64,000 nt of DNA from an uncultured Candidatus Binatia bacterium (GTDB taxonomy: Bacteria; Desulfobacterota; Binatia; UBA9968; JAJDTQ01), in assembly GCA_965213675.1 (NCBI GenBank), contig CBDCAF010000019.1, positions 1 to 64,000 of the forward strand, given 5' to 3'. A program made the position numbers and the translations under genes. Shown piece by piece: positions 37,776 through 45,444 of this stretch (positions are counted from its first letter, which is position 1; each line of letters starts with the position of its first letter). The notes beneath the pieces were generated by a model. The model made no database searches. It worked only from the letters and a program-made list of their open reading frames with translations, and had not been told where the DNA came from.

Positions 37776-38899
37776 GCCTTTGCCCTACCTTTCCGCTGTC
37801 TAATCACGTAGGCCGTGATGTTATTGCGAATCTGCTTTGCCAGCGAAAGGTCAATCTCGTGTGCCATCTTCAGCATGTTCCATGACATCGGCGGGGCGTG
37901 TGGAAGCAGCGCCTTGTATTGTGCGAACGCGAACCGCCGCGCCTTGGGGATGTCCAGCGGGTAGCGTTTACAAGCGAAATACATAACCTGCCCCCACACA
38001 TCCATCGGTGACAGTCCCAAACGAACCCGCTTCCCCTTTGGCCCGATCTCGACCATTTCTTGACCGATCTCGCGAATGTCCTTTTTCGGGGCGGCTGCTT
38101 TTTTCTCCGGTTTCCACCCGCAATTCGGACATTCCTTGTGCCAGCGCAGCATTATCAATCCGCATTGCGGACATTCCATCGGAGACGTTGTAGGTTCATC
38201 CCGTGGCTTCTTGTCCTTGGCTTCCACTTCCGGCAACCCTTCAATGCCGTTCTCGTAGAAGTCCTCGATGTCATCCTGCATACGAATGTAGTTGCCGGAT
38301 TGATCCAATAGGACGCAATACTTCTTTCCCTCGTGCGGACGCATTCCGCGACCATACATCTGAATTACAGACGATAGGGATTTGCGGTACGCCCGCCGGT
38401 CGATAATCATTTCGGTGTCGGTGAAGTCCGCACCACGCTGAAGAACCTCACAACTTACAAGACCGCGAATCTCCCCGGCGCGGTAAGCTGCCACCTTCGC
38501 ACGTCTGTCACGGTCCTTATCGTCCAGGTAGGACAGTTGTTCACACGGGATACCTTCTTGGTTAAACCGCCGCACAACGTCCCTACCGTCCACAACAGAC
38601 GCAGAGAACACCAGGAATTTCGCGTTGCGACCAAAGAGCGCGTCACACTTCTCTCGATACTCCGGGACCATCCGCCCGATGATTGCTTGGGCCGCGTCGC
38701 CTGCCGAACCTGCTTCCAGTTCGCCGGAACTGGTCCGCTTGATTTTGCTTATATCGACGTGTTCGCAGCCGAATGGTCGCAACGGGACAAGCCACTTGTC
38801 CGCAATCAGTTCGTTCGTAGTACGAACGTTGACAACCCGTCCGTAGAACCCACTCAACTTGGGGTTGAACGGCGTGGCGGATAGACCTATGACCCGCAT
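37772..38899 (-). CDS. SF2 helicase, C-terminal part (motifs III-VI plus Zn finger)
   Basis: GLSATP, VLQRGADF, QMYGRGMR, CPQC..CPNC; has its own GGAAGGA RBS. Confidence 0.85.
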   Translation of the reverse strand: MRVIGLSATPFNPKLSGFYGRVVNVRTTNELIADKWLVPLRPFGCEHVDISKIKRTSSGELEAGSAGDAAQAIIGRMVPEYREKCDALFGRNAKFLVFSASVVDGRDVVRRFNQEGIPCEQLSYLDDKDRDRRAKVAAYRAGEIRGLVSCEVLQRGADFTDTEMIIDRRAYRKSLSSVIQMYGRGMRPHEGKKYCVLLDQSGNYIRMQDDIEDFYENGIEGLPEVEAKDKKPRDEPTTSPMECPQCGLIMLRWHKECPNCGWKPEKKAAAPKKDIREIGQEMVEIGPKGKRVRLGLSPMDVWGQVMYFACKRYPLDIPKARRFAFAQYKALLPHAPPMSWNMLKMAHEIDLSLAKQIRNNITAYVIRQRKGRAKA

Positions 38900-39117
38900 C
38901 GTCCTTCCAGTCTCGAAATTTCACGATCTATGTGGAACCGTGCTTTTCGCAAGTCCTCAAGATCGTCTCCGTCTGTCGGCTTTTTGCCAAAGCGCCAGAT
39001 ATACGCGATGGCATTCCCCAGGTTGAAATTGAATTCTTCAGTTACCTGAATGCACTCAATCCCACTTGGGTGCCATGTATAGTGTGGTGGGTGCGTTACG
39101 TTGTTATTTGCCATCAT
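38887..39117 (-). CDS. DUF3310 (SaV-like) protein
   Basis: VTHPPHY..IECI..FNLGNAIAYIWR.GKK..EDLRKARFHI. Confidence 0.85.
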   Translation of the reverse strand: MMANNNVTHPPHYTWHPSGIECIQVTEEFNFNLGNAIAYIWRFGKKPTDGDDLEDLRKARFHIDREISRLEGRCGS

Positions 39118-39580
39118 GGACTCCCATTACTATTGCCATGACATTCTTCATTTTGATTTTGCCCTTGTCTTGTGGCCGGTAAAAAACCACTCCCTCATTG
39201 CACATTATAGGTATTGGCGTTGCCTCAATGCTCAAACCATACAAGTGTAAGATGTGCCGAACATATTTTTCCTGAATGAACACCCTGTGCTGTCCACCCT
39301 CGCTAGGGAATCCAACTGCAACGTGCCAAGCTATCGGTTTCAACTCGACATCAGTGCGCAGTCCTACCTTTGGCAGTTTTTTGAAGATGTCCATGTCGAT
39401 CATGTTGGACGTGAACCTAAGTTCTTCTTTCCACTTTTCCCCTGCGGGCAAGCCGTGTCGGAGAATCATATGGTTGTTGGTAAACCAATCCCCGCGAACG
39501 GACCAAACGTGCGACACATTCGCAATCGCCTTGCCTGTCAGCTTGGCAGGCCCCAATTCCCGCCAGTTTTCCATTATCAT
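39104..39580 (-). CDS. hypothetical phage protein
   Basis: WFTNNHMI..FIQEKYV..AIVMGV; coupled by an ATGA overlap. Confidence 0.55.
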   Translation of the reverse strand: MIMENWRELGPAKLTGKAIANVSHVWSVRGDWFTNNHMILRHGLPAGEKWKEELRFTSNMIDMDIFKKLPKVGLRTDVELKPIAWHVAVGFPSEGGQHRVFIQEKYVRHILHLYGLSIEATPIPIMCNEGVVFYRPQDKGKIKMKNVMAIVMGVHDGK

Positions 39581-39993
39581 TCCATCCCTCCCAAAACCTT
39601 GAGAACCTTCCGGCGAATGATGTGACATTCGTCGATAATCACAAGGTCGAACTGTTCAAAAAAGCACTTCAGGTTTTGTTCAGACATCCTTTCAAGTGTC
39701 TGCGAAGAACACACCACAATCGGGGCTGTTACCCGGTGGCTGTTCCCGGCCTGAAGGACTCCGTGATACAGTCCGGCCTTTGTCAACGCCGCCGAAGTCT
39801 GGTCTACCAGAACCAAGCGGTCCACCAGAAAGCAGGCCCGCTTGCCGTTCTCGACAACCCGTTTCATCATGTCCACGGCGACCATCGTTTTCCCCGATCC
39901 CGTTGGGGAACAGAGAACTTGGTGGTTGAAGCCACGGCGCAAGCCTTCCCTCAAGGCTTCTTCAGCCTCTAGTTGGTAGGGTCGGAGCTCCAC
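39577..39993 (-). CDS. SF2 helicase, N-terminal part (motifs Q, I, II)
   Basis: LRPYQ, PTGSGKT and IIDECH, with a stop 14 codons after DECH. Confidence 0.85.
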   Translation of the reverse strand: MELRPYQLEAEEALREGLRRGFNHQVLCSPTGSGKTMVAVDMMKRVVENGKRACFLVDRLVLVDQTSAALTKAGLYHGVLQAGNSHRVTAPIVVCSSQTLERMSEQNLKCFFEQFDLVIIDECHIIRRKVLKVLGGME

Positions 39994-40187
39994 TAGTCCG
40001 CTTCCTCTAGGTCCTTCCTATGGATGGCAAGGCCACGGGCACTAACCATCCGGTACAAGTCCGTAATCCAATGTCTAGGGATTTGGCCGTTCCACACCCA
40101 GGACCGCACGGCACTTGCTGTGAGTCCGAGTTCGCGGGCAACGGCCTTCGTCCCACCTAGTCTGTCTAGGACGGTTGAGATTTTCAT
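39993..40187 (-). CDS. Cro-like HTH regulator
   Basis: LGGTKAVARELGLTASAVRSW..IP; ATG 40187 lies 7 nt after a -10 box (leaderless). Confidence 0.8.
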   Translation of the reverse strand: MKISTVLDRLGGTKAVARELGLTASAVRSWVWNGQIPRHWITDLYRMVSARGLAIHRKDLEEAD

Positions 40188-40194
40188 GCAAAAC

Positions 40195-40274
40195 CAGATA
40201 CCGGAAAGAAATTTCCCTGTCAACTACTTTTTTCCGTTGTAGTAGTTGACAAGGTAGGAAGGTGGTGGTAGGGT
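40195..40274. promoter_or_regulatory. divergent promoter pair with operator-like inverted repeat
   Basis: Left: TTGACA(40223)-N17-TATCTG. Right: TTGACA(40246)-N17-TAGGGT. IR TGTCAACTACT-N12-AGTAGTTGACA. Confidence 0.75.
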
Positions 40275-40314
40275 TCGCGTCAACGGTCAAGGCAGGTTGA
40301 ACTTGACTGGACAT

Positions 40315-40399
40315 GGCTAGGCCGGGCTAGGCGGGGCACGGCCCGGCATGGCACGGCAAGGCACGGTCAGGCAAGGCAGGGCAGGGCAAGGCATGGCAA
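40315..40399 (+). ncRNA. GGY-NN pentamer array 1 (putative guide RNA)
   Basis: 17 consecutive perfect GGYNN units. Confidence 0.75.
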
Positions 40400-40440
40400 C
40401 CACGATGAATGAACAGGAAAAACTAATTGGCTTATAAATT

Positions 40441-40600
40441 GACAAGACGTGGCAGGGCTCGGCAAGGCGCTACGAGGCAAGGCCGGGCTAGGCAGGGCTA
40501 GGTATGGCGTGGCAGGGTCAGGCAAGGCACGGCTAGACTAGGCAAGGTAAGGCGCGGTATGGCATGGCAAGGCAAGGCGCGGCGAGGCATGGCAAGGCAA
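40441..40600 (+). ncRNA. GGY-NN pentamer array 2 (putative guide RNA)
   Basis: 32 in-phase pentamers: 28 GGY and 4 GAC/TAC variants. Confidence 0.75.
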
Positions 40601-40649
40601 CCAGAAAGGAAGGGATGCACAACGGCAAATGACGCAGAACACGACACTT

Positions 40650-40704
40650 GACACGGCCGTGCTAGGCTCGGCGAGGCGCGGCTTGGTAGGGCAGGGCAAG
40701 GCAA
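40650..40704 (+). ncRNA. GGY-NN pentamer array 3 (putative guide RNA)
   Basis: 11 in-phase pentamers immediately before the RBS of the RAMP gene. Confidence 0.7.
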
Positions 40705-40725
40705 ACCAAGGAAGGAATCAGAACA

Positions 40726-41298
40726 ATGGAAATCGCAATCCGAGTGGAAGGCAAGTCACCGCTGTTGTTGCACCGTTTCACGGACGCGGCCCAGATGGCG
40801 GCAACCAACGGCACCCGGTCCAACATCACGACCGCACGGGAACCCCGCGAGGAAGCGGAAAGCCACCTGTACGTAGGCGAGGACGGGACGCTTATCGTTC
40901 CCTCCCCCAATATGTTCCGCTGCATCATCGACGCCGGCAAGTTCCACAAGGTCGGCAAATCCAAAATGACCACCGTCAAAAGCAGTTTGATCCCCGCCGC
41001 GCTGCTGATCGACCCGGCAGACGGCATTCCGATCCTCCACGACAAGCCCTGGACCGTGGACACGCGGCCCATCCGTATCCCGGCGAACGGTTCGCGGATT
41101 CTCCGTCACAGGCCGTGCTTTCACGATTGGGCCTTGGAATTCACGCTCACCTTGGACACCGACATCATTTCCCACAACACACTGCGTGACGTGGTAGACG
41201 ACGCAGGGAACAAGATCGGCTTGGGCGACTTCCGACCGGACACCAAGGGTCCGTTTGGTCGGTTCGTTGTCACGAACTGGATACCGTCTCAAAGGTAG
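40726..41298 (+). CDS. solo Cas7/RAMP-like RNA-binding protein (Vipr-like)
   Basis: Beta1 IRVEGKSPLLLH, VPSPNMFRCI helix, Arg-rich thumb DTRPIRIP..RILRHRP, WALEFTL, Gly-rich loop IGLGDFRP..GPFGRF. Confidence 0.75.
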   Translation: MEIAIRVEGKSPLLLHRFTDAAQMAATNGTRSNITTAREPREEAESHLYVGEDGTLIVPSPNMFRCIIDAGKFHKVGKSKMTTVKSSLIPAALLIDPADGIPILHDKPWTVDTRPIRIPANGSRILRHRPCFHDWALEFTLTLDTDIISHNTLRDVVDDAGNKIGLGDFRPDTKGPFGRFVVTNWIPSQR

Positions 41299-41314
41299 CC
41301 TGCCCTAGAACTAT

Positions 41315-41347
41315 GCCACGGCAGGGTTCGACAATCCCTGCCGTGGC
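41315..41347 (+). other. 12-bp perfect hairpin preceding array 4
   Basis: GCCACGGCAGGG-ttcgacaat-CCCTGCCGTGGC; no U-tract follows. Confidence 0.7.
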
Positions 41348-41394
41348 TTGGCTAGGCATGGTTGGGCAAGGCGCGGCAAGGCAAGGCTTGGCGT
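41345..41394 (+). ncRNA. GGY-NN pentamer array 4 (putative guide RNA)
   Basis: 10 consecutive perfect GGYNN units. Confidence 0.7.
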
Positions 41395-41415
41395 CAATCC
41401 GATGGAGCAATAGCT

Positions 41416-42108
41416 ATGAATGAAGCATGGACACCCGAAGCAGCCGCCCGACTCCGGGACTACCTAGCACGACCCGGCTACACAATCCCCGTGGGTCTGG
41501 GCACGGAAGATGCGGCGTGTTCCATAGCCGCCATCAACCTTGCCCTAAGCGGCGTAATGACCGACGACATACCGGAATGTATGAGTCTCGTGATCGGCGT
41601 GTGGGTAAGGACAATCCAGGACATGATGCCGGAAGCCATCCGTAACAGTCCTAAATGGATTGAGTTACTGCCCCTGGCGGCAGGCACAGGCAGGGAACAA
41701 GACTACGAACACAAGCGCCTCGACATGGTTCTCGATTGGATGTGGGGCACCGTCCTGCCCCAAAGCCAACTCGCTGCTAATCAAGAGGGTTGCGGCAGGC
41801 AATGGAAATCAATGTGTGCGGGGAGAACACAGTATCTTGCGGTAATTGCGTATATGGCTGCCGATCGGTGTGGCGCACTCAACTTGGCCCGCCGGGCCGA
41901 TAGCGCGAGAGAAGCTCGGAAGACTGCCCTGGCGCTCCAAAATTTCAAACCAACGTGGTCGAACACAAGTACATTTGTCGTCAAGGCGGTACAACAAGCG
42001 TGTCAAACTGCCATGCGGTCGCGCACATCACCAGCATGGGGCAACATTGACCCTGTAGGCATGTTGACCCGGCTTATTAACCTACCCGGAAGGAAAAACA
42101 ATGAGTGA
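41416..42108 (+). CDS. conserved phage hypothetical protein
   Basis: GGAG RBS; ACSIAAINLAL..DDIPECMS..LLPLAAGT. Confidence 0.65.
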   Translation: MNEAWTPEAAARLRDYLARPGYTIPVGLGTEDAACSIAAINLALSGVMTDDIPECMSLVIGVWVRTIQDMMPEAIRNSPKWIELLPLAAGTGREQDYEHKRLDMVLDWMWGTVLPQSQLAANQEGCGRQWKSMCAGRTQYLAVIAYMAADRCGALNLARRADSAREARKTALALQNFKPTWSNTSTFVVKAVQQACQTAMRSRTSPAWGNIDPVGMLTRLINLPGRKNNE

Positions 42109-42955
42109 AATCGTAGCACCCGGAGTGTACAACCTGAAAGAATCCGCCTATCTCGCCGACCCGTGTGATCTGCCTTCTTTGTCTGCCAGCATAGCGAAAA
42201 TCCTTTTGGAGAAGTCGCCGGACCACGCACGGTCGGCACACCCCAAGCTAGGCGGAAAATACGAACCCCACCACACCACGGAAAAGGATCTCGGTTCGGC
42301 CCTCCACTCCTTGATCCTCACCGAGGATTGGAAGCAAATCTCTGTTATCGACTACGCGGACTGGCGGACCAAGGCGGCGCGGGAATTGCGGGAAGAAGCA
42401 TACGAGACGGGCCACCACCCGATTCTCGCCAAGGACAGCCGGAGACTCGCGGAGATCGCACACGCGGTTTCCATCACGGGAATTATCGGTGGTTTCCCCG
42501 TTCCAGAGGAACGCCACATCGAACAGACGATGATCTTCCGCGAGTACGATGTGCCCATTCGATTCAAACCCGACTATCTCACGGTCGAAACCGATGGCCG
42601 GGTAAGGATCGTTGACCTAAAAACCACACAACTCCCCGCGACGCGCAACGGTTGGGGTCGCCGCCAGATTTTCGACTATCTGGTTCAGTGTGGCCTGTAT
42701 ACCCACGGCGCACGTCACCTGTTCGGTACGGATAACGTCACGTTTGATTTTGTCGTAGTCGAAACCAGTCCGCCGTATGGCATGGCCACAATGACCTTCG
42801 ATTCAATCGGCCATGCCCTCGCCGCAACTCTCGCGACACAGGCAATCAAGACGTGGGCAGATTGCCTCCTAAGCCAGGACTGGCCTAGCTACCCTGCGGA
42901 GACACTTACAATCGAAACCCCGCCGTGGATCATCACAGACAGGAAAGACGGATGA
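42101..42955 (+). CDS. RecE/exonuclease VIII-like PD-(D/E)xK nuclease
   Basis: LSAS, GSALHSLIL, KPDYL, IVDLKTT, Y.VQ..LY and FVVVE..PPY motifs. Confidence 0.85.
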   Translation: MSEIVAPGVYNLKESAYLADPCDLPSLSASIAKILLEKSPDHARSAHPKLGGKYEPHHTTEKDLGSALHSLILTEDWKQISVIDYADWRTKAARELREEAYETGHHPILAKDSRRLAEIAHAVSITGIIGGFPVPEERHIEQTMIFREYDVPIRFKPDYLTVETDGRVRIVDLKTTQLPATRNGWGRRQIFDYLVQCGLYTHGARHLFGTDNVTFDFVVVETSPPYGMATMTFDSIGHALAATLATQAIKTWADCLLSQDWPSYPAETLTIETPPWIITDRKDG

Positions 42956-43380
42956 AGCGCGAACACTACATGCTGACCTACTACGGAAATTCCGCAATGG
43001 TACGGCACCATGTATTTTCGTTCGCCCGCCGCAAGCGAATCCCGATTATCGAGGAACGGTTAGGAGCACCCTACGTAAATTACAAGGGAGATACAATCCG
43101 TTATCCCCATTGGGACGGCACCATGTTGGTAATCAAACACGATACCGACACCCTAGACATCCTGCATGAAATTGCGCACTGGATAGAAGCCCCAAAGGAC
43201 AGGTTGCACGAATTCAACTTTGGACTGGATACCGACCCCAACCTAGACGACCGGGAAAACCGTGCGATTCTAATAGAGAACGCGCTGATCGACTTATTGG
43301 AGTCGGTGATGGCCGAATCCAATGTCATTCTTTACCATTCACGGGTAGACAAACGCCGAAACGAAAGCGAGAGACCCTAA
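42952..43380 (+). CDS. HExxH metallopeptidase-like protein
   Basis: ILHEIAHW with a downstream E (RENRA). Confidence 0.5.
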   Translation: MKREHYMLTYYGNSAMVRHHVFSFARRKRIPIIEERLGAPYVNYKGDTIRYPHWDGTMLVIKHDTDTLDILHEIAHWIEAPKDRLHEFNFGLDTDPNLDDRENRAILIENALIDLLESVMAESNVILYHSRVDKRRNESERP

Positions 43381-44402
43381 TGTTTGTACCTGCATCCGAA
43401 ATCAAGCGTACCAAGCCGCTGCTTATGGCGTTCGAGGGAATGACCGGCAGCGGGAAAACCTACAGCGCACTGTTGCTTGCTCAAGCAATCGCCAAGGCGC
43501 GAGGCGGCGACGTGTTCGCCATCGACTCGGATAACGGGCGGATGATCGACTACGCCGAAGCCGCGACGCACTACCCACAACTGACTCCCTTCAAGTACCT
43601 GGAATTGACGGCACCATTCACAAGCGAAAAATACATAGCCGCCATTCAGGAAGCCGACGCGGCAGGAGCCGGTTGTATCGTCCTCGATTCCGTGTCCGAC
43701 GAATGGGACTCACAAGGCGGCGTGATTGACCGGCAACACGACACCGCTATCCGCATGGGCGAAGCGGCGAAAAAGCACCCATCGACCATGAACATGCCCG
43801 CGTGGGCCGAAGTCAAGGGACCACACAACGCATTTCTGGACGCCATGACCCGGATGAAGGCACCCTTGATCGTCTGCTTCCGCGCACGGGACAAGACCGG
43901 CGTGGACAAGCAGGGCAAGCCTATGCCACTAGGGATTCAGCCGGTCGGTGATCCCCGCATGGCACACATCTTCCGGTTCATTCTCCGCATGAATCAGTAC
44001 GGGAAAGGTGCATACTCGTCTGCCTCGAAATTCTACGGGCACGAAGCCCATGTGTTCCCGGAGAATGGGAAGGTGGACGCCGACGCGGCCCGCCGGTTGG
44101 TCGAAACCTTCTACACCGTCAAGCAAACACCCGCCGGCAAGTGGACGCCCGATCAAAACGGAGTCCTGCACTACAGCTTGGATAACCCAAACTCGACGGA
44201 AGCAAAGCGCGAACTGTTCCGCTACTTCACCGGCCTGTTGAACCCGGACGCGCTAGACACCGAGAGTAAGTGCAAGATCGCGATGAACATATCGCTGGCA
44301 AACCAAAAGCTGATTGACAATCTGCCAGAGTCCGGCCGAATGAAGGTCGCCCAAATGGTGTTCGACATCGAGAAGAAAGAAGGAGGGAAAAAGAATGGTT
44401 AA
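43380..44402 (+). CDS. Sak4-like AAA ATPase recombinase
   Basis: GMTGSGKTYSAL, IDSD and IVLDSVS..W motifs; lies between exonuclease and SSB. Confidence 0.85.
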   Translation: MFVPASEIKRTKPLLMAFEGMTGSGKTYSALLLAQAIAKARGGDVFAIDSDNGRMIDYAEAATHYPQLTPFKYLELTAPFTSEKYIAAIQEADAAGAGCIVLDSVSDEWDSQGGVIDRQHDTAIRMGEAAKKHPSTMNMPAWAEVKGPHNAFLDAMTRMKAPLIVCFRARDKTGVDKQGKPMPLGIQPVGDPRMAHIFRFILRMNQYGKGAYSSASKFYGHEAHVFPENGKVDADAARRLVETFYTVKQTPAGKWTPDQNGVLHYSLDNPNSTEAKRELFRYFTGLLNPDALDTESKCKIAMNISLANQKLIDNLPESGRMKVAQMVFDIEKKEGGKKNG

Positions 44403-44793
44403 TATCGTTGTCTTGGTTGGCAACTTGGGCAAGGACCCCGAAGTGCGGCACACCACCAACGGGAACGCGGTTGCCAACTTCTCTATAGCGACATCCGAGA
44501 AGTGGGGCGACGGATCAAACCTACAGGAACGCACCACATGGCATAACATCGTCGTGTGGGGCAAGCAGGCCGAATCTTGCGGCAAATACTTGTCCAAGGG
44601 CAAAAAGGTATTCATCCAGGGCAGAATCCAGGTGCGCGAGTACGAACATGAAGGCAAGACCCGCTACATTACGGAGATCGTCGCACGGGACGTGAAGTTT
44701 CTTACTCCACGGAACGAGGCCGAACCCCACCAGGAAAGCATCCCGGAACCGTGGGCCAAGCCGGTAGACATCAACGACGACATCCCATTCTAG
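44395..44793 (+). CDS. ssb: single-stranded DNA-binding protein
   Basis: VLVGNLGKDPE, WHNIVVWG and C-terminal DDIPF. Confidence 0.95.
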   Translation: MVNIVVLVGNLGKDPEVRHTTNGNAVANFSIATSEKWGDGSNLQERTTWHNIVVWGKQAESCGKYLSKGKKVFIQGRIQVREYEHEGKTRYITEIVARDVKFLTPRNEAEPHQESIPEPWAKPVDINDDIPF

Positions 44794-44801
44794 GAGGGAG
44801 C

Positions 44802-44891
44802 ATGTACGAAGTGGCGTTCTTTCTCACACTGTTGAGCGCACTAATTTGGATTGCGCTCGTAACTGCGGAGATTCTCGACGATGACATTTAG
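44802..44891 (+). CDS. 29-aa single-TM peptide
   Basis: GGAGG RBS; MYEVAFFLTLLSALIWIALVTAEILDDDI. Confidence 0.4.
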   Translation: MYEVAFFLTLLSALIWIALVTAEILDDDI

Positions 44892-44940
44892 AGGCGGGGC
44901 AGGAAGCGAGACAACCGAAATACAGGGCCAAACGGTCCTA

Positions 44941-45180
44941 ATGAGATTCCTTATCCTGCACGAAGGATGGGCAGTAGACAACGTTGGTTGGGTGACAACC
45001 GATGGCAGGATTTGGACTACAATCGAAGGCAAGATGAACGAAATCAGACCACAAGATATGGAGTACCTTTTCAAACAATCTATGGAATTCAACGAAGGGT
45101 TGGTAGACGCAATCCGGTTGTCCAGGGAAATGAAAGAGCGCATTAACGACGACGATGAAGATAACGCGCTGTTTGAGTAG
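44941..45180 (+). CDS. hypothetical protein
   Basis: ORF in the rightward operon. Confidence 0.5.
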   Translation: MRFLILHEGWAVDNVGWVTTDGRIWTTIEGKMNEIRPQDMEYLFKQSMEFNEGLVDAIRLSREMKERINDDDEDNALFE

Positions 45181-45188
45181 GAGGAACC

Positions 45189-45425
45189 ATGCGCTACATC
45201 AGAGTCAATGACTATGACTACGTACTAATCGGTGACTCCGCTAGTGCCGATGAAATCCTTTATTCATGGCTTTGGATGAAAAAGAAGCCAAAATCTCCAA
45301 AGGATCGTGCAGGCTGGCAAGTCATTCGGTTAAGCGCGAACGGAACAGGCGTCGTCGTTGCACCCCATAAGAGCCCAGTCGGTTACGCCGACTTCGAGAT
45401 TATCGAAGTCGGCGATAACGCATAA
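45189..45425 (+). CDS. hypothetical protein
   Basis: AGGAGG RBS, 78 aa. Confidence 0.55.
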   Translation: MRYIRVNDYDYVLIGDSASADEILYSWLWMKKKPKSPKDRAGWQVIRLSANGTGVVVAPHKSPVGYADFEIIEVGDNA

Positions 45426-45444
45426 CCGCTAGGGAACTAGCCCC

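Noticed and set aside
40315-40704. Pentamer arrays as a CRISPR array
   Set aside because: There are no 23-47-bp repeats with unique spacers; the unit is 3 fixed plus 2 variable nt
40498-40725. ORFs rich in ARQG or PCLA (40498-40704, 40629-41189, 5061-5273, and extensions at 41362 and 26995)
   Set aside because: These are translation shadows of the 5-nt repeat; better RBS-linked starts lie downstream
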